Shown here: in pieces, positions 40,218 through 49,617 of the stretch
How the letters are laid out: each line of letters starts with the position of its first letter
Position numbering within the stretch: the first letter of the stretch is position 1
DNA from: Candidatus Poribacteria bacterium
GTDB taxonomy: Bacteria > Poribacteria > WGA-4E > PCPOR2b
Reading direction: 5' to 3'
Assembly (NCBI GenBank): GCA_965218095.1
Contig: OZ244587.1
Coordinates: forward strand, 4,352,001-4,416,000
DNA length: 64,000 bases
Notes under the pieces: model-generated
What the model saw: only the letters and a program-made list of their open reading frames with translations
What the model was told of the DNA's origin: nothing
Database searches by the model: none
Program-made: the position numbers and the translations under genes

Positions 40218-41522
40218 TTAGAGTAACTCCTGAAGGTATTGCACACGCGTATGGTGGCGCAACTTGCGAAGGGCTTCGTCCTCAATCTGACGTACCCTTT
40301 CCCGGCTAATGCCGAGTTGCCGTCCAATCTCAGCGAGGGTATATTCCGTGCCATCAGTTAAGCCGTACCGGAGTTTAACCACAAGGGTTTCACGGGGCGC
40401 TAATGTGTTCAGCACTTTTTCAAGCGACTCTTTTTCTGAGTTACAGAGCAATTCATCCTCAGGGGTTACCTGTGAGTCATCAGCCAGTAAGTCAGAAATT
40501 GTCGCATCGGGTGAAGATTCGCTCAATGGCGAATCCAGCGAAATCGTGCCCTTGGTGCTTTGGAGAATTTCGATAACACGGGTTTCAGACATCTCCACCG
40601 CTTCAGCAATCTCTTTGATGCCCGGTTCACGCTCAAGATCTCTGGCGAGTTTGCTCTGTGCTTGCTTGATAGATCGCCGTGTTTCTCCAACGTAACAGGG
40701 GATGCGAATCGTCTGGCTCTGCTGATCTAATGCCCGCTTAATTGCTTGCATGATCCACCATGTTGCATAAGTGCTGAAACGGTACCCTCTTTGGAGATCG
40801 AATTTTTCCACCGCCTTCATCAAACCAACACTTCCCTCTTGCATCAGATCAAGGAAAGAAAGCGATGACTTGTTGAAATTATGTTGTTTGGCGATACTTG
40901 CGACAAGCAGAAGGTTCGCCTCAACGATTTTCAACTTCGCATCTTGAATGATTTGGATAGCGTCGTGTAAATCCGCCCATAGTTTTGCAAGGCGTTCACA
41001 CTCCTCAATGCGATGGCTTAACGGCGTAGTTCCCTCCACTTCAATGCGCTTTTGGTAAGCCTTGATTGCCTTTTGAATTTGTTCCAAAAGTGTAGCGATA
41101 TACATTGGACTCCACCAAATGCTCTGGGTTTCCTTCTGTTTGGCGCCGCGTCGTCGATTGGCTTTGGGGCGCACCTCTTCTAAAATAGAGGGAGGAAGTT
41201 GATCTAATAACGCTGTAATCTTTTGCTTTCCTTCTTCAAATTGTTGAAACAGTTTAACCTCTTCCTTAGGTGTGAGCAAAGGAGTACGGGCGATTTCCTG
41301 AAGATAAGAAAATGCTTCATCTCGAGTGCCATCAGCCACATCGCCACGTCGTCGAAAGGAAGATATTAGATTACCTTCCGTTGTGTCTTCCTTGATCTCC
41401 TCTTCATCATGTTCCTCGGATTCATCAGTAGGTAATACCGACGGAAACTCACCGTCGTCGAACTCAAGCTCGCCTATCGGCTCGTCAACCCCACTATGCG
41501 TGAATTTGCGTTCTTTTCCCAT
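40218..41522 (-). CDS. RpoD/RpoS-like sigma-70 factor (divergent, probably non-primary)
   Basis: Regions 1.2 ([12 protein letters not shown]), 2 ([29 protein letters not shown]), 3 and 4.2 (TLAEIG...[16 protein letters not shown]). Confidence 0.92.
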   Translation of the reverse strand: MGKERKFTHSGVDEPIGELEFDDGEFPSVLPTDESEEHDEEEIKEDTTEGNLISSFRRRGDVADGTRDEAFSYLQEIARTPLLTPKEEVKLFQQFEEGKQKITALLDQLPPSILEEVRPKANRRRGAKQKETQSIWWSPMYIATLLEQIQKAIKAYQKRIEVEGTTPLSHRIEECERLAKLWADLHDAIQIIQDAKLKIVEANLLLVASIAKQHNFNKSSLSFLDLMQEGSVGLMKAVEKFDLQRGYRFSTYATWWIMQAIKRALDQQSQTIRIPCYVGETRRSIKQAQSKLARDLEREPGIKEIAEAVEMSETRVIEILQSTKGTISLDSPLSESSPDATISDLLADDSQVTPEDELLCNSEKESLEKVLNTLAPRETLVVKLRYGLTDGTEYTLAEIGRQLGISRERVRQIEDEALRKLRHHTRVQYLQELL

Positions 41523-41645
41523 TTTTTGTTCACCTCCATTCTGCTAAATCTTGCTGAATCTTACGAAAATATCACAAAAACCCATAAGCCTCCTGCTATT
41601 TATTGGTTTAATTCAAACAATGAAACATGATATGTTATAATACAT

Positions 41646-41774
41646 TAGGAGTTACGCACTTCCGTTAAGCAAATCCTGCCATACCTGAATCTTGCATGGT
41701 GAATCCTGATCAAGGTACAAGATTCAAAATGCAGATAAATTGTCGAATGATTGAGACCAACTGCGTAACTTCTA
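41646..41774. mobile_element. MITE, TIR family YAGGACTTACGCA (variant), copy 3
   Basis: TAGGAGTTACGCA...TGCGTAACTTCTA with TSD ATACAT. Confidence 0.75.
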
Positions 41775-41805
41775 ATACATATTACTCATCAACTTGGAGG
41801 TCATT

Positions 41806-42342
41806 ATGAATCAACTCACCAAAGCTGATGTTCTCAGGTGCCTTCAGCGGGGCGAATCATTTGTTGGAGAAGATTTGACAGATATTGACTTATCTGGGGC
41901 ATCTGCTGATTTGACTGAAGTAAACTTCAATGATGCGAATCTTTCCAACGCAAATTTTTCAGGGACAGTAATGAAAAGAGTTTTCCTCGTTGGCGCGAAT
42001 TTAACCGATGCCAATTTTGAAGGCGCAGACCTTGAAGGCGCATTTCTCAGCGGTGCGATTCTTTCCGGCACAAATTTCAGAGGCGCGAATTTACGCCGTG
42101 CCACTATTGGCGCTCCGCATTGGACTGTCCCGGATCCGTTTGGCAGCCTGACAAGTTTTGAAAATGCAAACCTCGAAGAGGCAATTTTTGGTGAAACTGT
42201 GATGAAGGGTGTTATACTGCTTGGCGCTAAATTGAAAGGCGCCTATTTATACGAAGTGGATCTTTCCGAAGCAGTGTACAAACCTTCAGACCTTGAAGGT
42301 GCTGTCATCAAAAAAGTGTTCCAAGAATCGATCTGGGATTGA
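41806..42342 (+). CDS. Pentapeptide-repeat protein
   Basis: Runs of A(N/D)Lxx repeats. GGAGG RBS. Confidence 0.9.
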   Translation: MNQLTKADVLRCLQRGESFVGEDLTDIDLSGASADLTEVNFNDANLSNANFSGTVMKRVFLVGANLTDANFEGADLEGAFLSGAILSGTNFRGANLRRATIGAPHWTVPDPFGSLTSFENANLEEAIFGETVMKGVILLGAKLKGAYLYEVDLSEAVYKPSDLEGAVIKKVFQESIWD

Positions 42343-42515
42343 ACACTCACCAGAGATTCTGTTTTATCATTGGGTGTTGTGACTGTGTATTGGCAACACC
42401 CATTGCTAACGCGGCGCAGAATATATTTGACCATCATTGAGACGTTTATTCGCTCGATTAAGTTTACAAATAAGCTGCAAGAAAACTCCTATCCCTTAAT
42501 CTTGACGAATCGCGA

Positions 42516-44369
42516 TTATCGCACAGAGTCGCCGCTTAGCCGAAATTGCATCTGGCACAGCTTTCGGTATAGCCCACCCTTTTCTAACAACTCCTGATGT
42601 GTGCCGCTTTCGACGATTTCCCCATCGTTCAGGACAAGAATTCTGTCTGCATGAACGACGGTCGAAAGTCGGTGCGCAATAACAAAGGTTGTCCTTCCTT
42701 TCATCAGGTTTGCAAGGGAGGCTTGGACAAGAACCTCCGATTCGCTGTCGAGTGCTGAAGTGGCTTCATCAAGCACAAGAACGCGAGGGTCTTTCAAAAG
42801 GGCGCGTGCAATCGAGAGGCGTTGCTGCTGGCCACCTGATAACTTAACGCCCGATTCACCAATCTGCGTTTCATACCCTTTGGGCATTTGAATAACGAAA
42901 TCGTGCACATTCGCTTGTTGGGCGGCTTTAATTGCCCCTTCGCGTGTCGCTGCCGGTGCACCATACATGATGTTCTCCATCACGGTTCCATCAAATAGGA
43001 TCGTATCCTGTGGCACAATCGCGATCTGCTGCCTGAGGGTATCCAACGCCACTTTGGAGGCAGGAATCCCGTCAATTAGAATCTCGCCGGCATCCACTTC
43101 GTAGAAACGCGACAGCAAATTGAGTAACGTTGTTTTCCCACTTCCACTCGGACCGACCAGCGCGACAACTTCGCCCGGTTTGACATGAAAACTGATATGT
43201 TTTATGACCGGCTCGCGCTCGTATCCGAAGGAGACATCCCGGAATTTAACCTCGCCACGAACTGACGGTAGCTTCAGTTGTTTGTTGCGCTTGTGCGCCT
43301 CTTGCTCAAAATCGAGGACGTGGAAAATTCTTTCAGCAGAAGCGAGACTCTGTTGCAGGACATTGTTGAAGTATCCAATGGTTTTGATCGGCTTAAACAT
43401 CAGGCTGATTAGTGCAATATAACCGATGAACCAGCCGGTTGATAGCTCACCTTGAATAACCTGCCAACAGCCAAGCCCAAAAACGGTTGCGATACCGATC
43501 GCACTGATCAGCTCCACGAGCGGTGGCACCATCGCTGCAAGTCGCACACGCCGCATAGCAATGCGATACTGCCCCTTGTTTGTGGTGGCAAAGCGATCAC
43601 GTTCTACTTCCTCGGCAGTAAAACTCTTGATAATCTTGAGCCCGAAGATTGTCTCTTTCAGTTGCGAGGAGATATCCGCCATCCGCTGTTGGATTTCCGA
43701 ACTTGTGCCGCGGATACGTTGACCAAATCGGTTAATCAGATGGGCGAGCAATGGAAAAACAAGCAGCGCAAGCACCGTCATCTTGAAACTGTGGAATAGC
43801 ATGACTAAGACACAGACGGGGATGAAGACAGTTGCGCGAATGATGTTTGCCATCGATCCAATGGCATATTGCCATGTCCGGACATCATCTATGACGCGTG
43901 CCATCAAATCACCGGTCCGATACGCCGTCAGTACCCCCAAAGGCGCAAAAAGGATTCTTTCGTATAACTCGTTCCGAACTCGGGTTATCAATTGATGTCC
44001 AACACGCGACATTAAGTAATCGTTGCAGTAAGTAAATACCCCTTTAATCACGACGAGCGTAAGGAAGCCCGCCAATACCCAACCAACAAGTTTGAAGGCA
44101 CCCCTTGCATCTGTAATGGTAATTTCGACACCATCGAAAATGGTAATTTCGACACCATTGAAGGCCGTTTCAAAATGGAAATATTCAATCTGAATGGGCC
44201 CATCTTCAAAACGCCGGGTTTCAATCAGCTTGAGCGCATCAGTTGTATACACTAAAACGTGAACGTAGCCCATTTCGCAGAGGGCAATCACGAGCGCACA
44301 AACTAATGCCAATGCAATCGAACCGAGATACGGCGATAGATACTTTGCGAAACGTGAGAATGTGGACAT
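42516..44369 (-). CDS. MsbA-like ABC exporter (fused TMD-NBD)
   Basis: GPSGSGKTT, LSGGQQQR, LDEATSALD, IAHRLST and six TM helices. Confidence 0.92.
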   Translation of the reverse strand: MSTFSRFAKYLSPYLGSIALALVCALVIALCEMGYVHVLVYTTDALKLIETRRFEDGPIQIEYFHFETAFNGVEITIFDGVEITITDARGAFKLVGWVLAGFLTLVVIKGVFTYCNDYLMSRVGHQLITRVRNELYERILFAPLGVLTAYRTGDLMARVIDDVRTWQYAIGSMANIIRATVFIPVCVLVMLFHSFKMTVLALLVFPLLAHLINRFGQRIRGTSSEIQQRMADISSQLKETIFGLKIIKSFTAEEVERDRFATTNKGQYRIAMRRVRLAAMVPPLVELISAIGIATVFGLGCWQVIQGELSTGWFIGYIALISLMFKPIKTIGYFNNVLQQSLASAERIFHVLDFEQEAHKRNKQLKLPSVRGEVKFRDVSFGYEREPVIKHISFHVKPGEVVALVGPSGSGKTTLLNLLSRFYEVDAGEILIDGIPASKVALDTLRQQIAIVPQDTILFDGTVMENIMYGAPAATREGAIKAAQQANVHDFVIQMPKGYETQIGESGVKLSGGQQQRLSIARALLKDPRVLVLDEATSALDSESEVLVQASLANLMKGRTTFVIAHRLSTVVHADRILVLNDGEIVESGTHQELLEKGGLYRKLCQMQFRLSGDSVR

Positions 44370-44523
44370 TGGAGATTGTTCAAAAACTCGTGAGCCTTCT
44401 CAACATATTGTGTTGCATTCTGAATCTCAGGAAATTCAGATCTATGTTTACGAAAGAGCTCAAACGCATTCTGGACCCCAGATCGCTTATTGGTTGCAGC
44501 CCAGATTTTATTTCTGCTGAGAA

Positions 44524-45243
44524 TTAGCACCTTTCCGCAATCGTTATGAGTCGCCTCGACCCCATCAGAAACGGGCTGTAGTTAAAGTCGCCGTACATCG
44601 CACACACCTTTAGGCCTGCTGATGCTAACATGTCTTTCAACTCCGTCGGAAAGTAGAACCGAATGCGATTGACCGACTCACGAATCTCGCCGGTGGGGAG
44701 GTCTATCACGGTTCGATAGTCAGAAAGCCGTCCAGATTCCGGATCGTATTCTACCTCCGCGAGTGCTAGGAGCGATTCGGATATCCACCACCAGTTGCGC
44801 GTGCGATCCAATTGAAGCACCGCGTAAGGATTCCAGTGATCTAGCAAAAATTTCCCGCCGGGCTTGAGGGCTGCCGCAACCGCTGTAATAACCCTTTTAT
44901 TGTCATTATCTTCAAAAAAACCGAAGCTGGTAAAAAGATTAATGACAGCGTCACAGGCTGGCTTCAAGGGGATATGGCGCATGTCGCCTTCAATGAGATG
45001 TACGCGACTGTTGCTTGAGAATGCGTTTCTTTGCGCCTCCGTTAAGAGAAAACGGGAGCTATCTAAGCCGACGACCCTCAGTCCTCTGTCTGCCAAGAGT
45101 TGTCCATGTCGCCCCTGACCACAGCAGAGATCTAAAACAGTCGCCTCTCGCAGGAGTCCAAGCGCCTCACAGATGAACTCGACCTCTTCTGCTGTTTCCG
45201 CTTCCGAAGGGAGTTCGGAAAGGAGATAGGTTTTATCCCACAT
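44524..45243 (-). CDS. Class I SAM-dependent methyltransferase
   Basis: VLDLCCGQGRH, GDMR, LFTSFGFF and LKPGG. Confidence 0.88.
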   Translation of the reverse strand: MWDKTYLLSELPSEAETAEEVEFICEALGLLREATVLDLCCGQGRHGQLLADRGLRVVGLDSSRFLLTEAQRNAFSSNSRVHLIEGDMRHIPLKPACDAVINLFTSFGFFEDNDNKRVITAVAAALKPGGKFLLDHWNPYAVLQLDRTRNWWWISESLLALAEVEYDPESGRLSDYRTVIDLPTGEIRESVNRIRFYFPTELKDMLASAGLKVCAMYGDFNYSPFLMGSRRLITIAERC

Positions 45244-45332
45244 TGTGCGTAAAACCCGTCCATAAGTTTTGGTAGCTGAGACCTGACCCTGTCAGGTCTG
45301 GCGGTGGCGAATATTTTATGTCCACATACATA

Positions 45333-46379
45333 TTACATTCTGTACCGTCCAAACTGGAGGGTTTTTGTCTTGGCTGCCGCCCTCGCCTTGCACCGTATTT
45401 TCAACTGCTTGGCACTGAAATCCACGGCGTCGATAACTCCAATTGAAATCGTTTTACCTGATGCGTCGAGTAACCCGACTAGGCACCGCTCAAAATATTC
45501 GGAAGTTTCGGCGACCAAATCCTTCAAACTAAAATAGCTTTTCAGTTGTGCTTGGATTAGACTCGGCAGTACATCTGGTGTGATCAGCGCCAACGATCGG
45601 TGTCCCCATTCCGCATAAAAAACACGGTCATCGACAAAATTGGAAAGAATTTCCTGTTCTTTTGGGTTCGCCTGCCGCCCATTGAAGAATGGAGTTCTTT
45701 GTCCACGAATCTGATCAAAAGGCAATGTCCCCTGGACGCAGTCTGAAAAGTAGTGCGCGAAACTCAACTCACGGTACCTCCTACGGAATTCGTCGCTCTT
45801 GGAAGTGACGCGCCTATGAGGCGAAAGGCGATGTGTCTGTATTGTATCGGCGCCCCCGAAGGGGGCAACAATTGCCTCCAACTCGCGTGACCGACGGAGG
45901 CAAATCAGGTGATTCGGCTTGACTACCTCGATCTTGTGTTGTTTGAGAACAATTGCGGGCATCCCTTCGACATAACCTGTCGTGTCAATCACGATGAAAT
46001 CGGCGTCCGCCTCAAGGGCAGCGTCAACCATCAAGCGGGTACCGGTGACGCATTGCAGCAGGTGGTGTTCCGGCGAAGTCCAGCCCACGAAGTAAAGGGC
46101 GTCTGCCTCGCCAGCAAGCTGTTCCGCACTTTGCGCCGGCATATTTGGTGCGAGAATCTCTAACCCGATCGTGGTTGGCGGCCCAATCTGCGATTGCCCC
46201 ACATCCGCATCGACGAAGCCAACCTTCAGCCCACTTGTCACGCCCCGTTCAACGAGAAACCGGCAGAACGTCGATTTACCGACATCTGGTGCACCGATAA
46301 CCAGTACAATCTGTTGGGGTTGTACGACGTTTCGGGCAAGGCGTTCCCAATCATGGTTCGGTTGGTAGAGATCTGCCAT
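45333..46379 (-). CDS. Clp1/Grc3-like polynucleotide 5'-hydroxyl kinase
   Basis: Walker A GAPDVGKST, Walker B DADVGQSQIGPP, clasp IDTTGYV and lid RRRYRE. Confidence 0.85.
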   Translation of the reverse strand: MADLYQPNHDWERLARNVVQPQQIVLVIGAPDVGKSTFCRFLVERGVTSGLKVGFVDADVGQSQIGPPTTIGLEILAPNMPAQSAEQLAGEADALYFVGWTSPEHHLLQCVTGTRLMVDAALEADADFIVIDTTGYVEGMPAIVLKQHKIEVVKPNHLICLRRSRELEAIVAPFGGADTIQTHRLSPHRRVTSKSDEFRRRYRELSFAHYFSDCVQGTLPFDQIRGQRTPFFNGRQANPKEQEILSNFVDDRVFYAEWGHRSLALITPDVLPSLIQAQLKSYFSLKDLVAETSEYFERCLVGLLDASGKTISIGVIDAVDFSAKQLKIRCKARAAAKTKTLQFGRYRM

Positions 46380-46435
46380 TTCTTTACAGGGCTATTAACG
46401 TGACCGGATAATCTGAAAAGGCTCATCTCGAGACT

Positions 46436-48007
46436 TCAATCTGCTAGGAGGGCTTCAATCAGCCAAATTAATGGCTGACCGCTTATAAGATTCGCCCCAC
46501 TAAAACTGTATTGCCAAATGCCAGCTTTATCTATGAGAATAAAAAATGGTATTCCTTCAATCCCATAAGCCTTCCCCACTTCCCGATGAGGGTCGAGCAA
46601 AATTGGCCATGGTGGGTGATGCTCCTCCAAAAATTTCCGCACGTGTTCAGGAGTTTCACCATCATTGATTCCCCAGATAGCAACATCATTACTCTGGCTG
46701 AATTGATCGTAGACAATCTTGATTTGCGGAATTGCCATGTTACATGGGCCACACCAAGAAGCCCCAACATCAAGCAAAAGGACCTTTCCACACATTGCCG
46801 ATAGTGTGTATGTTTCTCCTTCCAATGTTTCTAAACAGAAGTCCGTTGCTTTCTTATTAAGCCTGTTCATCACGGTTTTCTGACGGATTTTTTCGCGGTC
46901 AGCAACTTCTCGAATCCGGTATTCAGCTTCGGCGTTTTTGAGGAAGACCTCAAACGTATCGGTAGCCCCTCGCTGTATCTGATAATAGACGCGTTCCAAC
47001 CCCGCCTGACCTTCCATGTGAGGGGTAGGCGCAAAGTGTGCATCGGCATAGTAGCGTATGGATTTTTCCCACTCTCTTATTCCTTCTGCTGACCGTCCTA
47101 ACATCCAGAAGTAATTTATAGTACTCTCGTTGAACCTTTCCGATAGTGATTCTAAATAATCCGGCGCGTTTGCTGCAAGTCCATCATGAGATTCTCTCCA
47201 TCGTTCCTGCCGGAGGTAGATTTCACAGCGCAAACGCGCGATGTCCTTGTGTGCTCCTTCTACAGATTCGTCGTTGTGTTCGACAAGCCACTCCTGTTCC
47301 TCTTTTTCCCCTAATCTAACTTCAGCACACTCTAATATTTCCAATGCTTTGTCCAATCGGTTGTTGAACTTGAGCCGCCATCTAACCGCTTCAGTATAAG
47401 CCCATCCGAACCACTGTTGTGTATCTTGGCAATAAGAAAGGTGTGCTTTCAAAAACCGGTCGAGGAGTTCGTCAAGTAGGTCATCGCTTGCCAGAGATTT
47501 ATCTTCCTCGGCTAACCACAGCAGTTGTTCATGCCCCAACAAATACCATGATAATCCTGGGACATCTGAGGCGGTACACTCATCAATGAAGTGCTGGTAA
47601 TAGTGCTACTTTTGACATGCATCTTGGCTCCGTCCGGCTAACCCTAACAATGCGTTCTGATAAACTCTGGTTCTGGGGTATTGCAACATTCTATCGAACA
47701 AACTGCTGGGGACATTCTTTGCGCCACCGGGAAGGGACCTATATCCCCCGTAGGCAGCCTCCAATACTTCCGGGGTTTCTGGGTGTGTCCTCAGCAGAGA
47801 TTCGATTTCAGAGCAAATCTTTTTCCTTGCCTCCTCCTCTGAAAACATTCCGGCTATCAGTCTCCATCGGGAACCACAAGCTTTCAAGTCTACTGGATTG
47901 GATTCCAGTGCACGTGCACTAATCTCTAGAGCCTTATCGAATTTACCGGACTGATAGTGTTTTTCAATTTGCGCCACCAAATTCTGTTAATGATTATCAT
48001 CTGACAT
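46436..48007 (-). pseudogene. TPR + TlpA/redoxin-domain protein with two in-frame nonsense codons
   Basis: ATG at 48007 with GGAGG. TAA at codon 7 and TAG at 47606-47608 are in the same frame as both ORFs. C-terminal ASWCGPC...YGIEGIP. Confidence 0.8.
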
Positions 48008-48099
48008 TCGTCTGCCTCCCTTCAGGCGTTCGCAGGAAGTTCTTGGAATGTACACATATAGGGCCATGCATAAATCGCTCATATGCCGAGCAGCCGGCG

Positions 48100-48960
48100 C
48101 TAAAAATGGAGTTCATACCGGAAAGTGACACCGGCGTTATCAAGCAATTTATCTAAACTTCGCTCGCCCGTAGCCCCTAATAGCCTTTCGAGCAAAGAGA
48201 CTTTGCGCTTGGCGCGAACCACCTTCGGCTTGCCCGAAATGCCACCAAGCGTTCCTGCAAGCTCAATCGCATCCGGCAAATTACCCAGCCGATCTACTAG
48301 TTTATGTTCCAGTGCCTGCTGTCCCGAGAAAATTCGGCCGTCGGCAAGCGCAACGATCTCTTCTCGTGTCAAGTGTTCCTGACGCCCCTCAAATATGGCA
48401 TTGACGAACTGATTATGCACATCATCAATCGTTGCTTGCAGAAGTGCACGTTCCTCAGCAGTGAGATCCCGCACAGGTGAACCCGTATCCTTGAACCTGC
48501 CACTTTTAACAACCTGCTGCTCTAATCCAACCTTTTCGTAGAGCCCTTCCATCTTTATGAACTGCATGATCACCCCAATGCTACCCGTCAGGGTGCCGGG
48601 GTTTGCGACGATTTGATTGGCAGCGGAAGCGATATAATACCCACCTGACGCCGCTGTGCTCCCCATCGACGCGACAATCGGTTTTTTCAATTTTCTCAGT
48701 TCGCCGTAGATCTCCTGGACGGGGGCGACACTGCCGCCGGGAGAGTTAATACGCAGGACAACTGCCTTGACACTCTGCTCGTCCCGGTATTGATGGATGA
48801 GATCGATAATTGTCCCCCCGTTTGAAATGGCACCAACGATATTGATGACCGCAACTTTTTCTCCAATTGGGGTGCGACGTACCAGTGTCCGAACAATCAG
48901 CACCAGCAACAGCAGCCCAACAGCAATGATTAGAATGAGGAACAGTTTTTTTCGACTCAT
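48100..48960 (-). CDS. sppA: Signal peptide peptidase SppA (short, S49 family)
   Basis: LRINSPGGS, AASGGYYIA, GSIGV and ADGRIFSG. Confidence 0.92.
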   Translation of the reverse strand: MSRKKLFLILIIAVGLLLLVLIVRTLVRRTPIGEKVAVINIVGAISNGGTIIDLIHQYRDEQSVKAVVLRINSPGGSVAPVQEIYGELRKLKKPIVASMGSTAASGGYYIASAANQIVANPGTLTGSIGVIMQFIKMEGLYEKVGLEQQVVKSGRFKDTGSPVRDLTAEERALLQATIDDVHNQFVNAIFEGRQEHLTREEIVALADGRIFSGQQALEHKLVDRLGNLPDAIELAGTLGGISGKPKVVRAKRKVSLLERLLGATGERSLDKLLDNAGVTFRYELHF

Positions 48961-49233
48961 GGTATCTGCAAATAGGCAAATCAACGAATCGGTGGTTGAG
49001 TTTATGGATTTGACACCGCTGCGAATCCTGAAGTTCCCACACGGACGGAGACACTGACGCCGCTGTGCCCCCACGACGAAGGGCCAGGATAGCTAGCAAT
49101 GCCAAGTAAGCGAAAAGCACTAGCGGAGCAATCCACACCTGGCTTTTGTTTAGTCTCATTTTTTCCCGCAAAGCCTCAACCTTAGCCTTTAAGGAAGCGG
49201 TTGCAAGAATTATATAACAAGTCATGAAACCCG

Positions 49234-49431
49234 TTACTCATTATTCCCCGGCAGTTCAGCTTCATCGATCAGCATTACAGGGATACCGTCACGAATCGGG
49301 TAGCGACGCTTGCATTCACCGATACAAATCAACTTCTGATTGTCCTGATTATACTCAATATCGCCCTTGCAAGCAGGACATGTGAGGATTTCAAGTAATT
49401 CGCTGTTAATTGCTTGTGCTTGTGAACCCAA
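49234..49431 (-). CDS. Trm112/YcaR family protein
   Basis: LLEILTCPACKG...YPIRDGIPVMLIDEA. GGAGG precedes a TTG start. Confidence 0.88.
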   Translation of the reverse strand: MGSQAQAINSELLEILTCPACKGDIEYNQDNQKLICIGECKRRYPIRDGIPVMLIDEAELPGNNE

Positions 49432-49617
49432 AGGACTCCTCCATAATTGCATAACCGTTCACTTGAGGGGAAGAAACCGAGTTTTTCACACAGGAAAATG
49501 CTTTTGTTCCGGAAACCTCTCTGTTGTCTTCTGATTAGAGACGGGTCGGCCAAAAAATTCGGTTTCTGTTCTACCGTCTGGGCACTTACAGATTTTTTAC
49601 GTTTCACGCTTTACGTT

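Noticed and set aside
47606-47608. Pyrrolysine or stop-codon readthrough at in-frame TAG codons (also 63658 and 55949)
   Set aside because: The same redoxin gene also has an in-frame TAA, TAG is used as a normal stop by intact genes in the window, and each case is one substitution from a sense codon.
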